From NCBI GenBank assembly GCA_010356995.1, contig ML996694.1:185224-249223 (forward strand): 64,000 nucleotides of DNA, read 5' to 3'. Below are positions 11,931 to 23,802 of the stretch, in pieces (the stretch's first letter is position 1; the number at the start of each line of letters is the position of its first letter). The notes below the pieces were generated by a model that did not search any database, had not been told where the DNA came from, and saw nothing but the letters and a program-made list of their open reading frames with translations. The DNA is from Trichodelitschia bisporula (lineage: Eukaryota). Both the position numbers and the translations under genes were made by a program.

Positions 11931-12197
11931 ATAACGGGGTGGTGCTGGTGCTAGGATGGCGGATAGCGGGGGATGGGTTGGTTGCGGAGGATCAGCCGGT
12001 GCAGCTTCAATTCAAACGCGTTTTGCCTTCCTGCCGCCTGCTCGTTATATACTTGCTCCTTTTACGACAGCGTTCGCTGACAATATGATGCGAGGCAACT
12101 ACATCGGTAAGGAACTATAGTGGGCAAAACTGCGCTGCGACCCTGAACCGGCACCGTCATCCATATACTCCCTCCTATATTATAACTTTTCCATCCC

Positions 12198-12353
12198 GGG
12201 GGAGGTGGTATACATGACCAAGGAGGAGGGGGTGGGGCATGGGCGGCAGGTGTTGAAGGGGGGGAGTGGGTGGAGGAGGTTTATAGCACTGAGGTGGTGG
12301 GGTTGGTGAGGGAACGGATGGCGGAGGAGGCGGAGTATGCGAAGTGGCGGTGA
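12198..12353 (+). pseudogene. Inverted relic copy of the TCD 3' end (last ~52 codons)
   Basis: Reads GEVVYMTKEEGVGHGRQVLKGG-(1 nt deletion)-VEEVYSTEVVGLVRERMAEEAEYAKWR*, versus GEVVCMTKEEGVRHEREVLKGGKGVEEVYSAGVVNLVKERMAEEAEYAKWR* at 9868-9712 (-). Confidence 0.9.
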
Positions 12354-12543
12354 TGATGGAAGTATATGCTTATCATGGGCAATGGCTACGGCACGAAGTG
12401 AAAGTTTGATGAAAGAGAGAAGAGAGGTGCATACCACACGGTGCACTGGTAGCGTACCGTACGGTAATGAGTGAACGGGTGGACCCAGGCACGTGACAGC
12501 ACTACCGGGCCGCAACAATCTCACGTGATCCTCTCCATGCTTT

Positions 12544-12640
12544 AGGTTGCCGCTTAATCCGGCCTCACGAAGTAATCTCAGATTGAGAAAATGATTGTGG
12601 CCTCAGGTTGCCGCTTGATTAAGCCTCACCAAGTGATCTC
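12544..12640. repeat. Imperfect direct repeat, ~36 bp unit, 61 bp period
   Basis: AGGTTGCCGCTTAATCCGGCCTCACGAAGTAATCTC vs AGGTTGCCGCTTGATTAAGCCTCACCAAGTGATCTC. Confidence 0.75.
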
Positions 12641-13046
12641 CCACGAGCTAATTTTTTTTTAAAAGAGCAATAATGTTCCACGCCAAACCGGATGGGGGTA
12701 AGCGGACGCACCTGCATGCGCACGGTCGGAGGGGTGCGTTTGGTTGCAGCATGATTGGCCTAGCATGCTCGTTGGCCAGAAGCATTCGTGAGAAGCATTC
12801 GCTAAAGCGAGGGGTATTTATGTTCACCTTCGACCTTTCTCTTAACAACTTTCTCTCATCAGATCCCTAAAAATTTACAGTATTCTTCGAGGTCTCCTTC
12901 CCAGATTCCATCTGACGTTTTCCAGATCGTGATTAACTACGCATTTGCCATTCCTGTTCTTCAGCCTTGGATAAAAAATTGATCGAAACTTCCTTATTCA
13001 CGCCGCTCAACTTCCTCCCTGTCGAACAATAGTCTCAGCCTGCACG

Positions 13047-13426
13047 ATGACCCAGTCCAACCCTCAATCAAGGTATAACAACTCACTCCGTTCTCCTCAC
13101 ACAGATGACTTACTTTGCTCAGCTCGCCAACCTCCAACGCCCTGACCGCAGCCAACCTCGCCCTCCTAGCCGCCAATCCACCCTCCACCGTCCCCAGCGC
13201 CGCCCGCAAGGCCGCATTGCTGGCCGCCCTAGCCGAGCGTGGTGAGCCGCGCGCCAGCGAGACACAACACCTCGCGGACGAAGTCCGGGCGTTTTGTGTA
13301 GAGGTGGATGCCACACTTCCACAGGGGATGGTTGAGCAGAATGGCTCTAAGACCGAGGGCGATGGAGGCTTCTTCAAGGCGCCAATCCTCTCGCGCGCTA
13401 CAGAGGCACAAGTCGAGGGCGATTGA
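13047..13426 (+). CDS. Small hypothetical protein (~110 aa)
   Basis: ATG 13047, putative intron ~13072-13122 (GTATAA...CAG) joins in frame to ORF 13115-13426; C-rich start and G-richer end like real genes here. No recognisable domain. Confidence 0.4.
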
Positions 13427-13877
13427 GGCACTTCAAATGCGGCGACCCTTTCGCGCGTCACAGAGGGACAGGGCGAAGGTATGGAGCCGACGGTGCGGTG
13501 GTTTCATTCATAGCTTCTGTTAGTCTGGACTGGTTGTGGGGATGCCATTGCGTTTATCTGTACGGCCTGAAGATCGCCTCCGAAATTGCAGTTTTAGTTG
13601 TTCGGTGGTAGTTACAGCTGTTAGCAGCCTTTACGTTATCGGGCCGTGAACTCAATACGCACCCTGTGACCTTTCAGAATAGTGTGCGTCCCAGCCTGTT
13701 CCACTTGCGCGACACCACACACTGTCAAGGTGTAAGGCCGAAACGGCCTGAAGGGATAGGTCTGCGGGTGGTCGAGGTCTGCTAAGTCAGACGAATAGCA
13801 ACCTGCGAACCAGTCATAGAAAATCTCCGTTGCTTGTACTGTGATAAGTAATGCCCAAGTCGGCATCAGCGAGGGAG

Positions 13878-14006
13878 GAGACTCGCAAAGCGACTGAGGA
13901 GGATGCGCGCCGTGCCGGCATTCCCGCCGACTACTCCTACAAGAACTGGGACCCGAGCGAAGAGCCCATTACGTTGCTTGGCAACGTCTTCGATGTCAAC
14001 TCTCTC
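13878..14006 (+). pseudogene. Isolated fragment of a conserved fungal protein family (often annotated 'vegetative cell wall protein gp1'-like)
   Basis: Translates ETRKATEEDARRAGIPADYSYKNWDPSEEPITLLGNVFDVNSL, matching the remembered family motif KATE.DA....IP.GYS.KNWDP.EEPI.LLGSVFDANSL; no start, stop 4 codons later. Confidence 0.65.
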
Positions 14007-14499
14007 TGCGCCTACTAGCCGTGACATGAATACTGTGTGTAAGCCGGTCTTGCCCTGATTGTCATGATGTTGATGGGCTTGGTTGTAGGATCGGTGGCCC
14101 GGTGGAATCTGCCAAATAGAGTATTATTCCTCAACTAATGCCCAAGAGGGTTCGACGTTAGCGACAGTAAGCAGATCAAACTCCAAGTCTACCTCAACAC
14201 GTGTACGGATTTTGGGAGTGTTCGAGAGCTGGGCCCAAGAACGGCCAATCCCTTAGAGCGGCTGAGGCAAAGCGACCCTCGAGCCTCTCCGATGATTTGC
14301 GAAATCCTGTGTGCTTTGTCCTCGCCAGTGGTACTACAAGAGACCTCCTCTGTCAGCGCGAAGAATGGAAGGTGGAATTAACGAACGGCGAAGTGGAAGC
14401 GAGGCGGTAGCAGGTGCCCTTGATCCAAGCCTGGGTCTTCCGATTACACCTGGGGCTCTGTGGAACGACCTGGTAGTACTTCCTGAACTGGCGGTCAAG

Positions 14500-14810
14500 A
14501 TTCCTTTGGCTTGCGAGGGCCAGGGTTGGGACAAAGTGGTAGTTCCAGTAAAGAAGTCGTGCGGCCTCAGTCGTGAGTCCAGAACGCCCCTTGGTGGTTG
14601 TTGCCCAGCCTCGCAGGGGTGGCTGCACCGGATTGGCAATTCAGCATCAGCGGGTCCTCGCCCTGGGTCGAGATTCATGCCATGCATTACCGTCACCGCC
14701 ATTAATGCGACGCCCTGTCCGCGGCGTCAAACCAGGTGCCGATATGGTCCCGAGCTGCGCCACATCTGTTTCTGTGTATTGCTAGCCAGCGAAGGCTGAC
14801 AGGGGAACCA
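14500..14810. repeat. Dispersed repeat family B, copy 1
   Basis: Aligns by eye in direct orientation with 61689-61965; core GTCCAGAACGCC...GTGGTTGTTGCCCAGCCTCGCAGGG.TGGCTGCACCGGATTGGCAATTCAGCATCAGCGG...GCCAGCGAAGG. Confidence 0.88.
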
Positions 14811-15740
14811 CTTAAGCCCGTGGGGCCTCCCCAGAGTCACCGGAGTGACCAGGAAGTAGCAGAAACTAGGTACACCGAGCCCGGACTTCTGCGGTAGAAA
14901 TGGCCAGGGTTGGTTCGGAATTATCACTCGCTATCGTCCAGGAACGCAGGACAAAGGTGCGAGAGAGACTGGAAGTGCTGCAAACTGACGCCCGATATGA
15001 CACTGGTTACTGAAAGGCGCAAGACCAGACGCCCTCGAGGCATCATCAATGCTGAATGTCGGCCATTCGATCGGGGTCGATGTTTTGCTAGATACGCGGA
15101 CACGCCTGAGTGAGTCTCTTAAGCAACCAACTGGCCGGCGGCGACATCGTATCCTCGAATACCACAATCTTCTCAAGCCCATCACCCTTGGAGGGGAGAT
15201 CTCTGGACACAGGGCGGCATTTCTCACTAAAAGATGACTTTGCTGTAGCGTCGAAGGATAAGGTGTCAGAGTAAGGAAGGTGTTGGGGGCAGTTACCACG
15301 TGTGGTTTGGAAGGGTCCTTGGACCACGCGATAAAGTCATGGCCGCTGGCCCCGATAATATGTGCTTGACACTGGGCAGGAGCCTTAGCGGAAGGCAGTG
15401 ACAATCTTTGGGGAGGCGTGCAAGAACTTTTGTACGGCGTTTGTCTCCGGCAGCCCGGCTCTCGGTCTAACATTTCACCAGGTGAATCTTGACAGCTCGG
15501 GCTTGGCGTTCAGTTTTGCCTTGCACCCTTCAACGCCGCCAAACGCCTCGCGTCGAGCTCCACCCTGTCACCAGTACTTCACCACTTCCTGACATCCTTT
15601 TTTCTTCACTGTTGCACTGCGAGTGTCACCGTGTTCACTTCACCGACTAGTTACCATCTCCGCGGTCTCCCCCAAGGAAATGCTCTAGCTTTGCGCATCC
15701 TTTCTACTCCACCTGTCGCGTGCTTGCCTTACTCTCCAGC

Positions 15741-18700
15741 ATGGCGAACGCGCCGCTCACACCGAGCACCATGGAGCTCGCGAAGTCGGTCTCTGTCCCG
15801 TGCGCGAAGAACTCTGCTAACTCCAGCTAGCTCTTTGACGCAGGAGGATATTCCGATCAAGCTGCGATGCGCCAGCTGCAACCGGTTGGCGCTGAATGCC
15901 TTCCGCCTTCCATGCTGCGAGCAGAACATCTGCGAAACTTGTAAGTGGTTCGGTAACTTGTCGATGAAGCGTTATTAACCGTGCGCAGGCCAGTCTACCC
16001 TTCCCGAAGCTTGTCCCGTCTGCTCTCACAGCCCGCTTCACGCCAAAGACACCAAACCGCTCAAGACGTTACGCCTCACGGTGATGGCATTCCTGCGCAA
16101 CATCGAGAAGAGACGCGAGAAGGAACGCGCGGGAAACCAAACCGAGACCCCTGCGCTGGCGACTCCCGCGACAGCTGCCACACCGGCTGCAGTCCTAGCG
16201 ACGAAGCAAGAATCCCCGAAGGAGAGTGCTCAGGCGAGTGGCCCTACAGAACCAGCGCAAGAATCCAACACCGCTTCTGAGGACGCCGCTGGCAAGCCCA
16301 CCACTGCCGAGACGGCCGCCGGAAAAGCCGCTCCCGAGGACAACGTAAGAGACACCATCTTGCGGTCTGACGTAACTAACATCGGGCAGTCCGGAAACAC
16401 CGAGCCTCAGCTGGATGACCAAGAAAAGCCCGCAGAGGCTGGCCAAGAGCTCGCAGTCGAGGAGGAAAAGGTGCAAGACGTGAACGCATCAGGCACTGCA
16501 CCGAGTGCAAACGAGCAGGCCGGCTGGATGCAGCCAAAGGGCCAGATGGCTGCGGGATTCAATAATCAGGACTTTACCGGGATGAACTGGAACGATGGTT
16601 TCAACCCTATGATGCAGATGCCGCAAAACTGGAACGGCTACGGCATGATGGGTAAGCACCCCATTACTTTGACGGAATTCGCTAACGCGCGCAGGATTTC
16701 CGGGAATGATAGACCCGACCGGGATGTTTGGAGGCCTTGGGATGGGGATGGGAGGTATGAATCCCGGCATGATGAACATGAATGATATGAGCGGCATGAT
16801 GGGAATGGATTACTCGTCTGGGTACAATTCGTGGAATGGCGCTCAGATGAATGGTGACTTTGGGCCGTCGGGCTTTTACCCAAACGGTGGTTTTAATCAA
16901 TCGCACGCAGGGTCTTACCGTCAAATGCACCAGCAGTACCCTAAGAATAATTCCGTCAACCAGAATCATTTTCCAGGCCGAAATGGCGTTTCCCACAGGG
17001 GACGAGGGCGCGGTCATGGAAACTTTGGCCATGGGTATGGCCACTCCTTTTCGCAAACAGGCGGCATGCATTCGCAGGGGCCGACGACTCAGGCCGAAGC
17101 GTCAGAGACGCAGGACGCAGCATTCCACCACCAGCTGCCGGCGGCCGTTCCAGGAAAGCAGGCATCATCCGAGAAGGGCGCAGACCGGCCCGAGACTGCG
17201 GAATCCACTGGGTCGAAAGAAAAGGCCGAAGAGAACGCCACGCATGATGGCCAAGGTAAGACCAAGGATGCGGACCCTGACGCAGGGAAAGCAGAAGATG
17301 CTGTGCCAACCCAGAACGAGGACGGCACGGTCGATCAGCACCCGGTTTCGAGTGGAGATCCCCTAAACGCCGCCAATATCGCCCAGCATAACAACGAGAT
17401 GGGCGCTGCCGGCGAGCTGCCTGCGAACGCTCCCATTCCTTACGAAGAGTATCCGGATCAAGCTTACACGCAGGACTATATGCATCATGGCCGGGGGTAT
17501 CGTGGTGATGGATATGGCCGGAACCATGACTTCCAGGGCGGGTTCCACGGTCGAGGCGGTTGGCGGGGGCGTGGTCGGGGTTTCCGCGATGATATGATGG
17601 GTCACCAGCCCATTGAGCCGCGGGTCCCAGGCCCAGGTGTGGAAGGCGCCCCAACAGGACCTAGGGCTATGCGTGAGGGTAATGTGCACCGAGGTCGGGG
17701 TGGCCACTTCGGACGTGGAGGTGTCGCTGCTTCAATCGGGTCGGCGCCGCGCTCGGACGGGGGTTACGCGCGGGACGCGCAGTAAGTTTCTAACCTCAAT
17801 TTGCCCGGTAACCGTGCTGATAACCTTAAGCGGTGATGCCAACGACCGTCGGTCCCGTTCTCGCTCCCGTCACCGCTCTAGAAGCCCAAAGGAGAATCCG
17901 TACCGCCGCCAGCGCTCCACATCCGCTGACTCGTACGACCGTAAGCACGAGAAGCGCAGTCGTCGCAAATACGACGATGATGAGAAGGACCGTGAGTACT
18001 ACGACCGCAAAGAACGCGATGAACCCCGCTCGCGGGACCATTCTCGCGAATCTGCTCACCGCAGCCGTCGTGATAAAGAAAAGGAGAAGCACCGCTCCCG
18101 CCACCGCGAGACCAGCCGTGAACGTCATCAGGACACCAGCCGCCACCGTCACCGGCATCGGTCCCGGGAGCACTCACCTGAGAAACAGCCCAACAACGAA
18201 GTAATCGCTGCTCCGAAGGACCACAACGACGAAACAGCAGACGCCAAGCGCAAGTCCAAAGATAAATACCGCGACCGCTCCTACGACCGTTCTTACGACC
18301 GCGACCGCCGCGACCGCACCAAGGACAAGGACCGCGAGCGCGACAGAGACCGGGGCCGTGACCACCGCGATCGCGAGCGCGACCGTGATCGCGACCGCAA
18401 ACGCCGCCCCGAATCATCACGCCCCCGGGACCCATCGCCTCGCGACCCGGACCGACACCACCGCTCCCGCCGCCGCGAAAAGGACCGCTCCCACGAGCGC
18501 TGCGACGAGAACGACGAGCGCTCAGATCGCGAAGGACGGGACGCCGGCGACGTCGAGCGCCCCCACGACCACGTTCCCTCGACTTCCAAGTCGCGCCGTG
18601 CGAGCCGCGACCGCGCCGATGCCTTTCCGCAGATGCAGCCGCCTGCGGGCCCGAAATCGCAAATCAAAATCAAGCCGCTGGTCGCGCCGTCAGGTATCGC

Positions 18701-19015
18701 CGCGTGCGACGACACCGCGCCGCCGACGCCCGCATCTGCGTCTGCATCCGCTACGCCCGTTGATCCGTACCAGCTGGAGCGGGAAGCGCGGCATCGGGAG
18801 CGGATGTTGAAGGAGGAGCAGCGGAGGGCTAGTCTTCACGGGGGGGAGAGGGGGGGGAGTTGGAGTGCGGTGGGGGGGGGGGGGGGGGGGGGGGGGGTGG
18901 GGAGGGGAGGAGGAAGGTGAGGAAGATTAGTGCGAAGTATGAGGATGAGGAGGGGAGTGAGGAGAGGGCGAGGAGGGTGGAGAGGGAGAGGGAGGCGGCG
19001 AGGTGGAGGGACTAG
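15741..19015 (+). CDS. N-terminal RING-finger protein with RGG and Arg/Asp/Ser-rich regions (likely RNA-processing factor)
   Basis: LRCASCNRLALNAFRLPCCEQNIC..C...CPVCSH RING; several short introns; RGRGRG and RDRDR tracts; C-terminus KYEDEE...ERERE AARWRD* after a poly-G run (18871-18897) that shifts the frame. Confidence 0.8.
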
Positions 19016-19207
19016 CGGGGTTGTTGATGCATGGGCGGCGTTTTCGGGTGGGTTTGGGAGGGAGTTCATGGGTGTATTGCATTTTTCTGAGAGGCTCTCG
19101 CGTATGAAGCGATTAGGGCCGAGTCTCCGAGGGACGTCACAAAATGAAGATAATTGCGTGGAAGACTGTTTATGAACTTTGCAATACGTGGATTCTAGGC
19201 CATAAGG

Positions 19208-19450
19208 CATACATGGCACCCAGACACCATGCTTACCGTTAGAAGGAGCATATCAGTCTTAGGAAGGGACATCCCAATGGAAGGGACACATAATGTAATG
19301 TGCGGCAGATGGGAGGAAGGAGCATCGGAGGATACTCGGCACCCACAATGGTATTTAGTCTCGAGAGTCTCCGACTCTGCTCTTTCGTCTTTTCACACCC
19401 TTTCGCTGCATATCATAGCCGTTGCACGTTCACAGTCTATGCTTCCTTTA
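19208..19450 (+). mobile_element. Solo LTR family A, degenerate copy
   Basis: Shares GAAGGAGCA repeats, ACAT.ATGTAATGTGC and GTTGCAC...TATGCTTCC with 32616-32841; flanked by TAAGG/TAAGG. Confidence 0.7.
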
Positions 19451-20686
19451 TAAGGCACGAAGCCATGACCGGCCGACTGATAGAGACGCATGAGCGTTGG
19501 GCGGATGGGATACGCGAAGCTTAGCTGCGCCTTTCTTCGCCTCTGAGGCGGGTTTATGCTGGACCGGTTACCCGGCATTTCCCTCTGAATTGTAATTGGG
19601 TACCGTGCGCGCCCCTTGATTGCATTCAGGGGATGCTGCGAGCTCCGCGAGGTCGTAACTGAATGCCGCATGGATCTGGATAAGGTCGCGCGTTGATTCT
19701 TTTTGTCAAGCACAGCTAACGCATGCAGTACTTTGGAGAAACCCATAAACGATCGACGACGAAATCCGATGAAGAGATCGAAGTTACACAGCAACGGCGA
19801 GGTTGTCCGGCTGGCTTTCCGGAGGGGCGCCACAACCCACGGTACGTTGCGTAATACAGTCAGCCACAACGCCATACTCGCCAGCCACAGATAATCGGCT
19901 ACGCCGAGCATCCAGTCGAATATGCAGCTAGGCAAGGCTGCTTCGGCCCGGTGCACTAGTTCGGGGTATCTTACTCCAGACATCGGAGCTTATGGCGGGG
20001 CCCCACAAAGTACATGCCCCTTTATGCCGTATTGGGAGGAGTGCGGGTCATCGTCGTGTCTTCTCGATAAGTTGACATTGTGTAAAGGACTGCTGTTGCG
20101 AAGGGAAACATCGCAGCTGTGCTAAACCACATGGTTTACAGCGGTACGTGTCGAACTTGTTCTAGGTCTCTGCACCTGCAGCTTTCAGCTTCCCTCCGCC
20201 GTACGCATCCTCCTGCAGCAGGCCAAATAATCCGGACTACCTACCCCATGTCGCCTCTCAGCCTTGTGCCACTCGATCCCCACCATCGTTCAGTGGCGCA
20301 CTTTACCCGGAGGGATCGCATCACCCCGCCAAACCTCCTGAACAATGAGTGGGTCCGGCTATGGTCGTACAGCCGGGGTAAATATACCTACCCTCGCGGT
20401 CCCCACGATGGGGTACTTAATCCGGACACTCGGATTCTCCGCATCGCCAGCAAGTCGTCCTCGCCGCAAGAAGCTGCACCATACCACTTTGTGCTACCAC
20501 ACCAGGCTGCCCCGCTCGCGTCGTCCCGCACCGCTGCCACTATCGCTATCGTTGCGCCCCCGGAATAACCGGGTGCTGGGAAAGGAGCAAACGACTAGCC
20601 CGCGGACCCCGCGATGCCTATCGGCTATATCTCCACCAGACCTTGGTTCTCGCCGCGTCTAAGATAGCCATTGAATCTCGTCCGCC

Positions 20687-22331
20687 ATGAGTATCACCTC
20701 AATTGCTCTCGCTGCCTTCGTCGGCGTGTTGACACTGCGTTACCTCTTCCAGACTATCGTCCAGTACCGCAAGCTGCGTCAGGTGCCCGGCCCGTGGGGC
20801 AGCGGCTGGAGTCAGTGGTGCATCGTGAAGAGCACGTTTACGAACTCGATTTATCTGGATATTGCTGCTCATTGCAGGAAATATGGTACGTGTGGCGAGG
20901 ATTGGGTTAATGAAGCTAATTGGAAGGTCCCCTGGTGCGCATTGTGCCGAATATGCTCGTCACTAATGATCCGGATATCATCCGCCGCATGAGTGGTGTG
21001 AGATCGCTCTATACCAAGGGCGATGTATGTGTGCCCTTTCTTTCGTGGCGCCGGCTGACGACCGTAGTGGTATGCGATGACCAACATCGCCGTCGACCGG
21101 CACCACCTCTTCGCCGAAACAGACGAAGACGCGCACTCCAGCCTGCGCTCCAAAATGGCCCAAGGCTTCACAGCCCGTGACCTCGGGAGCACCTACATCG
21201 AAGCGTCAATCGACACGCAACTCACCACCCTCTTCGCCCTCATCGACACCAAATATATCTCCAGCCCCAACCACCGCCGCACCGTCGACATAGCGCGCCT
21301 ACTGCACTATTTCGTCATCGACGTAATCACAGACATCGCCTTCCGCTCACCCTTCGCCTTCCTCCAGCACGACCGGGATGTACACCACTACATAGGCGCG
21401 CAAGAAAGCCTCCTCCCCATCTTCGAGTGGCTGGCCGCGCTGCCCACGCTCGGATGGCTTGCTCATCGGCCGTGGCTGGCGAAGTGGATACTCCCGCAGC
21501 CGACGGATAAGACGGGGATGGGGTATCTGATGGGGATTGCGCAACGCACCGTGGCGGAAAGATTTGGACCTAAGGCGAGAGTGCAGGCGGATATGCTGGG
21601 GAGTTTTATCAAGCATGGGCTTGATCAGCGGCAGTGCGAGCTTGAGGCTGCGGTCCAGGTCATTGTCGGGAGTGACAGTACGGTCACCTCGCTGCGGGCG
21701 ATTCTGCTCTTCGTCCTCACCTGCCCGCGCGTCTATGCGCGGCTGCAGGCCGAGCTCGACACGGTCCCGCGCGGGGAGTCGGGCGGCGTGATAACCGACG
21801 CGCAGGCAAAGTCGCTGCCGTACCTCCAGGCCGTGCTGAAGGAGGGCATGCGGCTTTTCCCGCCCGTAACCGGGCACTTCAGCAAGAAAGTCCCAGAGGG
21901 CGGGGACACGCTGCACGGGATGTCCATCCCCGCGGGCACGGAGATCGCATACGCGGCGTGGGAGTTCTATCGCAACCCCGACGTGTGGGGGGAAGATGCG
22001 GATGTGTTCCGCCCCGAGAGGTGGGAGGAGGCGGGGCCGGAGAGACTGGCGCAGATGCAGAAGACGTGGGAGCTGGTGTTTGGGTATGGGAAGTATTCGT
22101 GTTTGGGGAAGCCGGTTGCTATGATGGAGTTGGGGAAGACGTTGGGGGAGGTAAGTGTGATGAGTGTAGTGTGGAAGGGTGAGACTGACTGACGTGCTGC
22201 AGATGTTTCGCCGGTATGACATCGCGCTGGCGAATCCGCTGAAGCCGTGGAAGCACTTCAACCGCAATGGCTTCTTCTTCATTACCGATATGATGGTGCG
22301 GATTGAGAAGAGGGAGGGGAGGGGGAGTTGA
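20687..22331 (+). CDS. Cytochrome P450 monooxygenase
   Basis: N-terminal TM plus VPGP hinge, VGSDST (I-helix), KEGMR (ExxR), FRPERW, FGYGKYSCLG heme motif; introns ~20887-20926, ~21025-21068, ~22151-22202. Confidence 0.95.
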
Positions 22332-23095
22332 ATCTTACACTGACGCATCCATCGCGAGCATACATTCTTTGACGACGCCATATCGCACATTACCCTCCTA
22401 GGCGAACATTCCATTCCATTTCCGTTTTGGGCAGAGGGGCGGTCTTCCCCACCCGCGGTCTCTTTATCGTGTCGTCAATGAAACTAGGAGTCGCGGTGTT
22501 AGAGTCAAGGCGTCAGCATACTCGCGAAACGTGCCGACACATGACGCACATTAGGTACATTAGAACTAACCTCGCATATTCCATTGACAGCCAAAACGTG
22601 GCCCGCGTGCAACACATAAGTGTCCCACGTAAGCAGTAGACGAGGTCGGGAACTTCCAGAAATGTCACCCATAAATAGACCCTCTGCACCTGGCCTCCTC
22701 GTGGCTTCTCGCGGCCTCCAAACTGCATCGCATGAGTGGTGCTTGCTTATGCAACCCGCGTGCAGACGCCGCGCTACCCCAGCCCAACCCCGCACTCCGC
22801 CGCGGCGCTATCAACCCACGACCTTCCCCCTTCCCGCAGGGCTGCACATCTCCACCCCCAACTCTCCAGCCGCACTCTTATCAACCGCATCGTGTACTTG
22901 AAACCCGCACGCGACGGGTCAAAATTTGACGACCTTGCCACGCACACCCAAATCCTTCTTTCATTCCTACAGTTTACTACACCTTCCGCATCCAGGCTAG
23001 CCAGGCGTGTAGTTCTAATCCTTGTTGTCGCAAGTGGAGGAATAAATCCACACCACACCCTCACCGCATCGCGTCCTCCACCACAGAGAAGCGCG

Positions 23096-23773
23096 ATGTT
23101 CTCACTACCCCACGCCTCTTCTCCTCCTCGACCCACGCCTGCACCCTCCCTCGAACCCGCTTTCACCCATGCCCCGGCGACGCCGCCCGCAGAGCGCATA
23201 TTCCCCACCGCATCACCACCCGCGCGGCCCCGTCGACATGCACTCACAACTCCTCCACCATCAGCGCCAGCTGCGCCTCTAACGCCCATGCCGACCGCGC
23301 GCACCGCGCATGTATCTCCGATCGGCAACGCGGCGTGGAGCACACACGCGCGGTTGATCAACGAGATGCCGACGGCGCGGGCTGACTTTGGGTCGAGGAT
23401 TGGAGAGGGGCAGCCGCGTGCGAAGAGGGGGAGGGGCTTGAGGGTTATTACGCCGCCGATGACACCGACGCCGGGCGGAGATTTTATTGGGGGGGTGGAG
23501 ATGGAGATGGGGATGGGGATGGAGGTTGACGAGCCACCTGCGGTAGTTGAGGAGGTCGAGCGCGCGGCGAAGAGGAGGAGGGGTCATGGGTGGAGTAGTG
23601 ACGAGAGGAGGGAAGAAAGCGGCGATGCGGACGCCGGGAAGTGGTGGCGCGTATATGCCTTCGGCGAAGAGGGGTTCGAAGGCGGCTGGGCTGGGGGCGG
23701 GCAGATGGATCTTACGGTCGAGAATCAGCGAGGCTGGGAAGGCAGCGGTGGCGTCAGTCCGCGGAGTTTTTGA
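23096..23773 (+). CDS. Hypothetical disordered protein (225 aa)
   Basis: ORF MFSLPHASSPP... with C-rich 5' and G-rich 3' polarity, NLS-like AKRRRG; no known domain. Confidence 0.5.
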   Translation: MFSLPHASSPPRPTPAPSLEPAFTHAPATPPAERIFPTASPPARPRRHALTTPPPSAPAAPLTPMPTARTAHVSPIGNAAWSTHARLINEMPTARADFGSRIGEGQPRAKRGRGLRVITPPMTPTPGGDFIGGVEMEMGMGMEVDEPPAVVEEVERAAKRRRGHGWSSDERREESGDADAGKWWRVYAFGEEGFEGGWAGGGQMDLTVENQRGWEGSGGVSPRSF

Positions 23774-23802
23774 GCTGCATTCTTGCTACGATCTACGACT
23801 CG

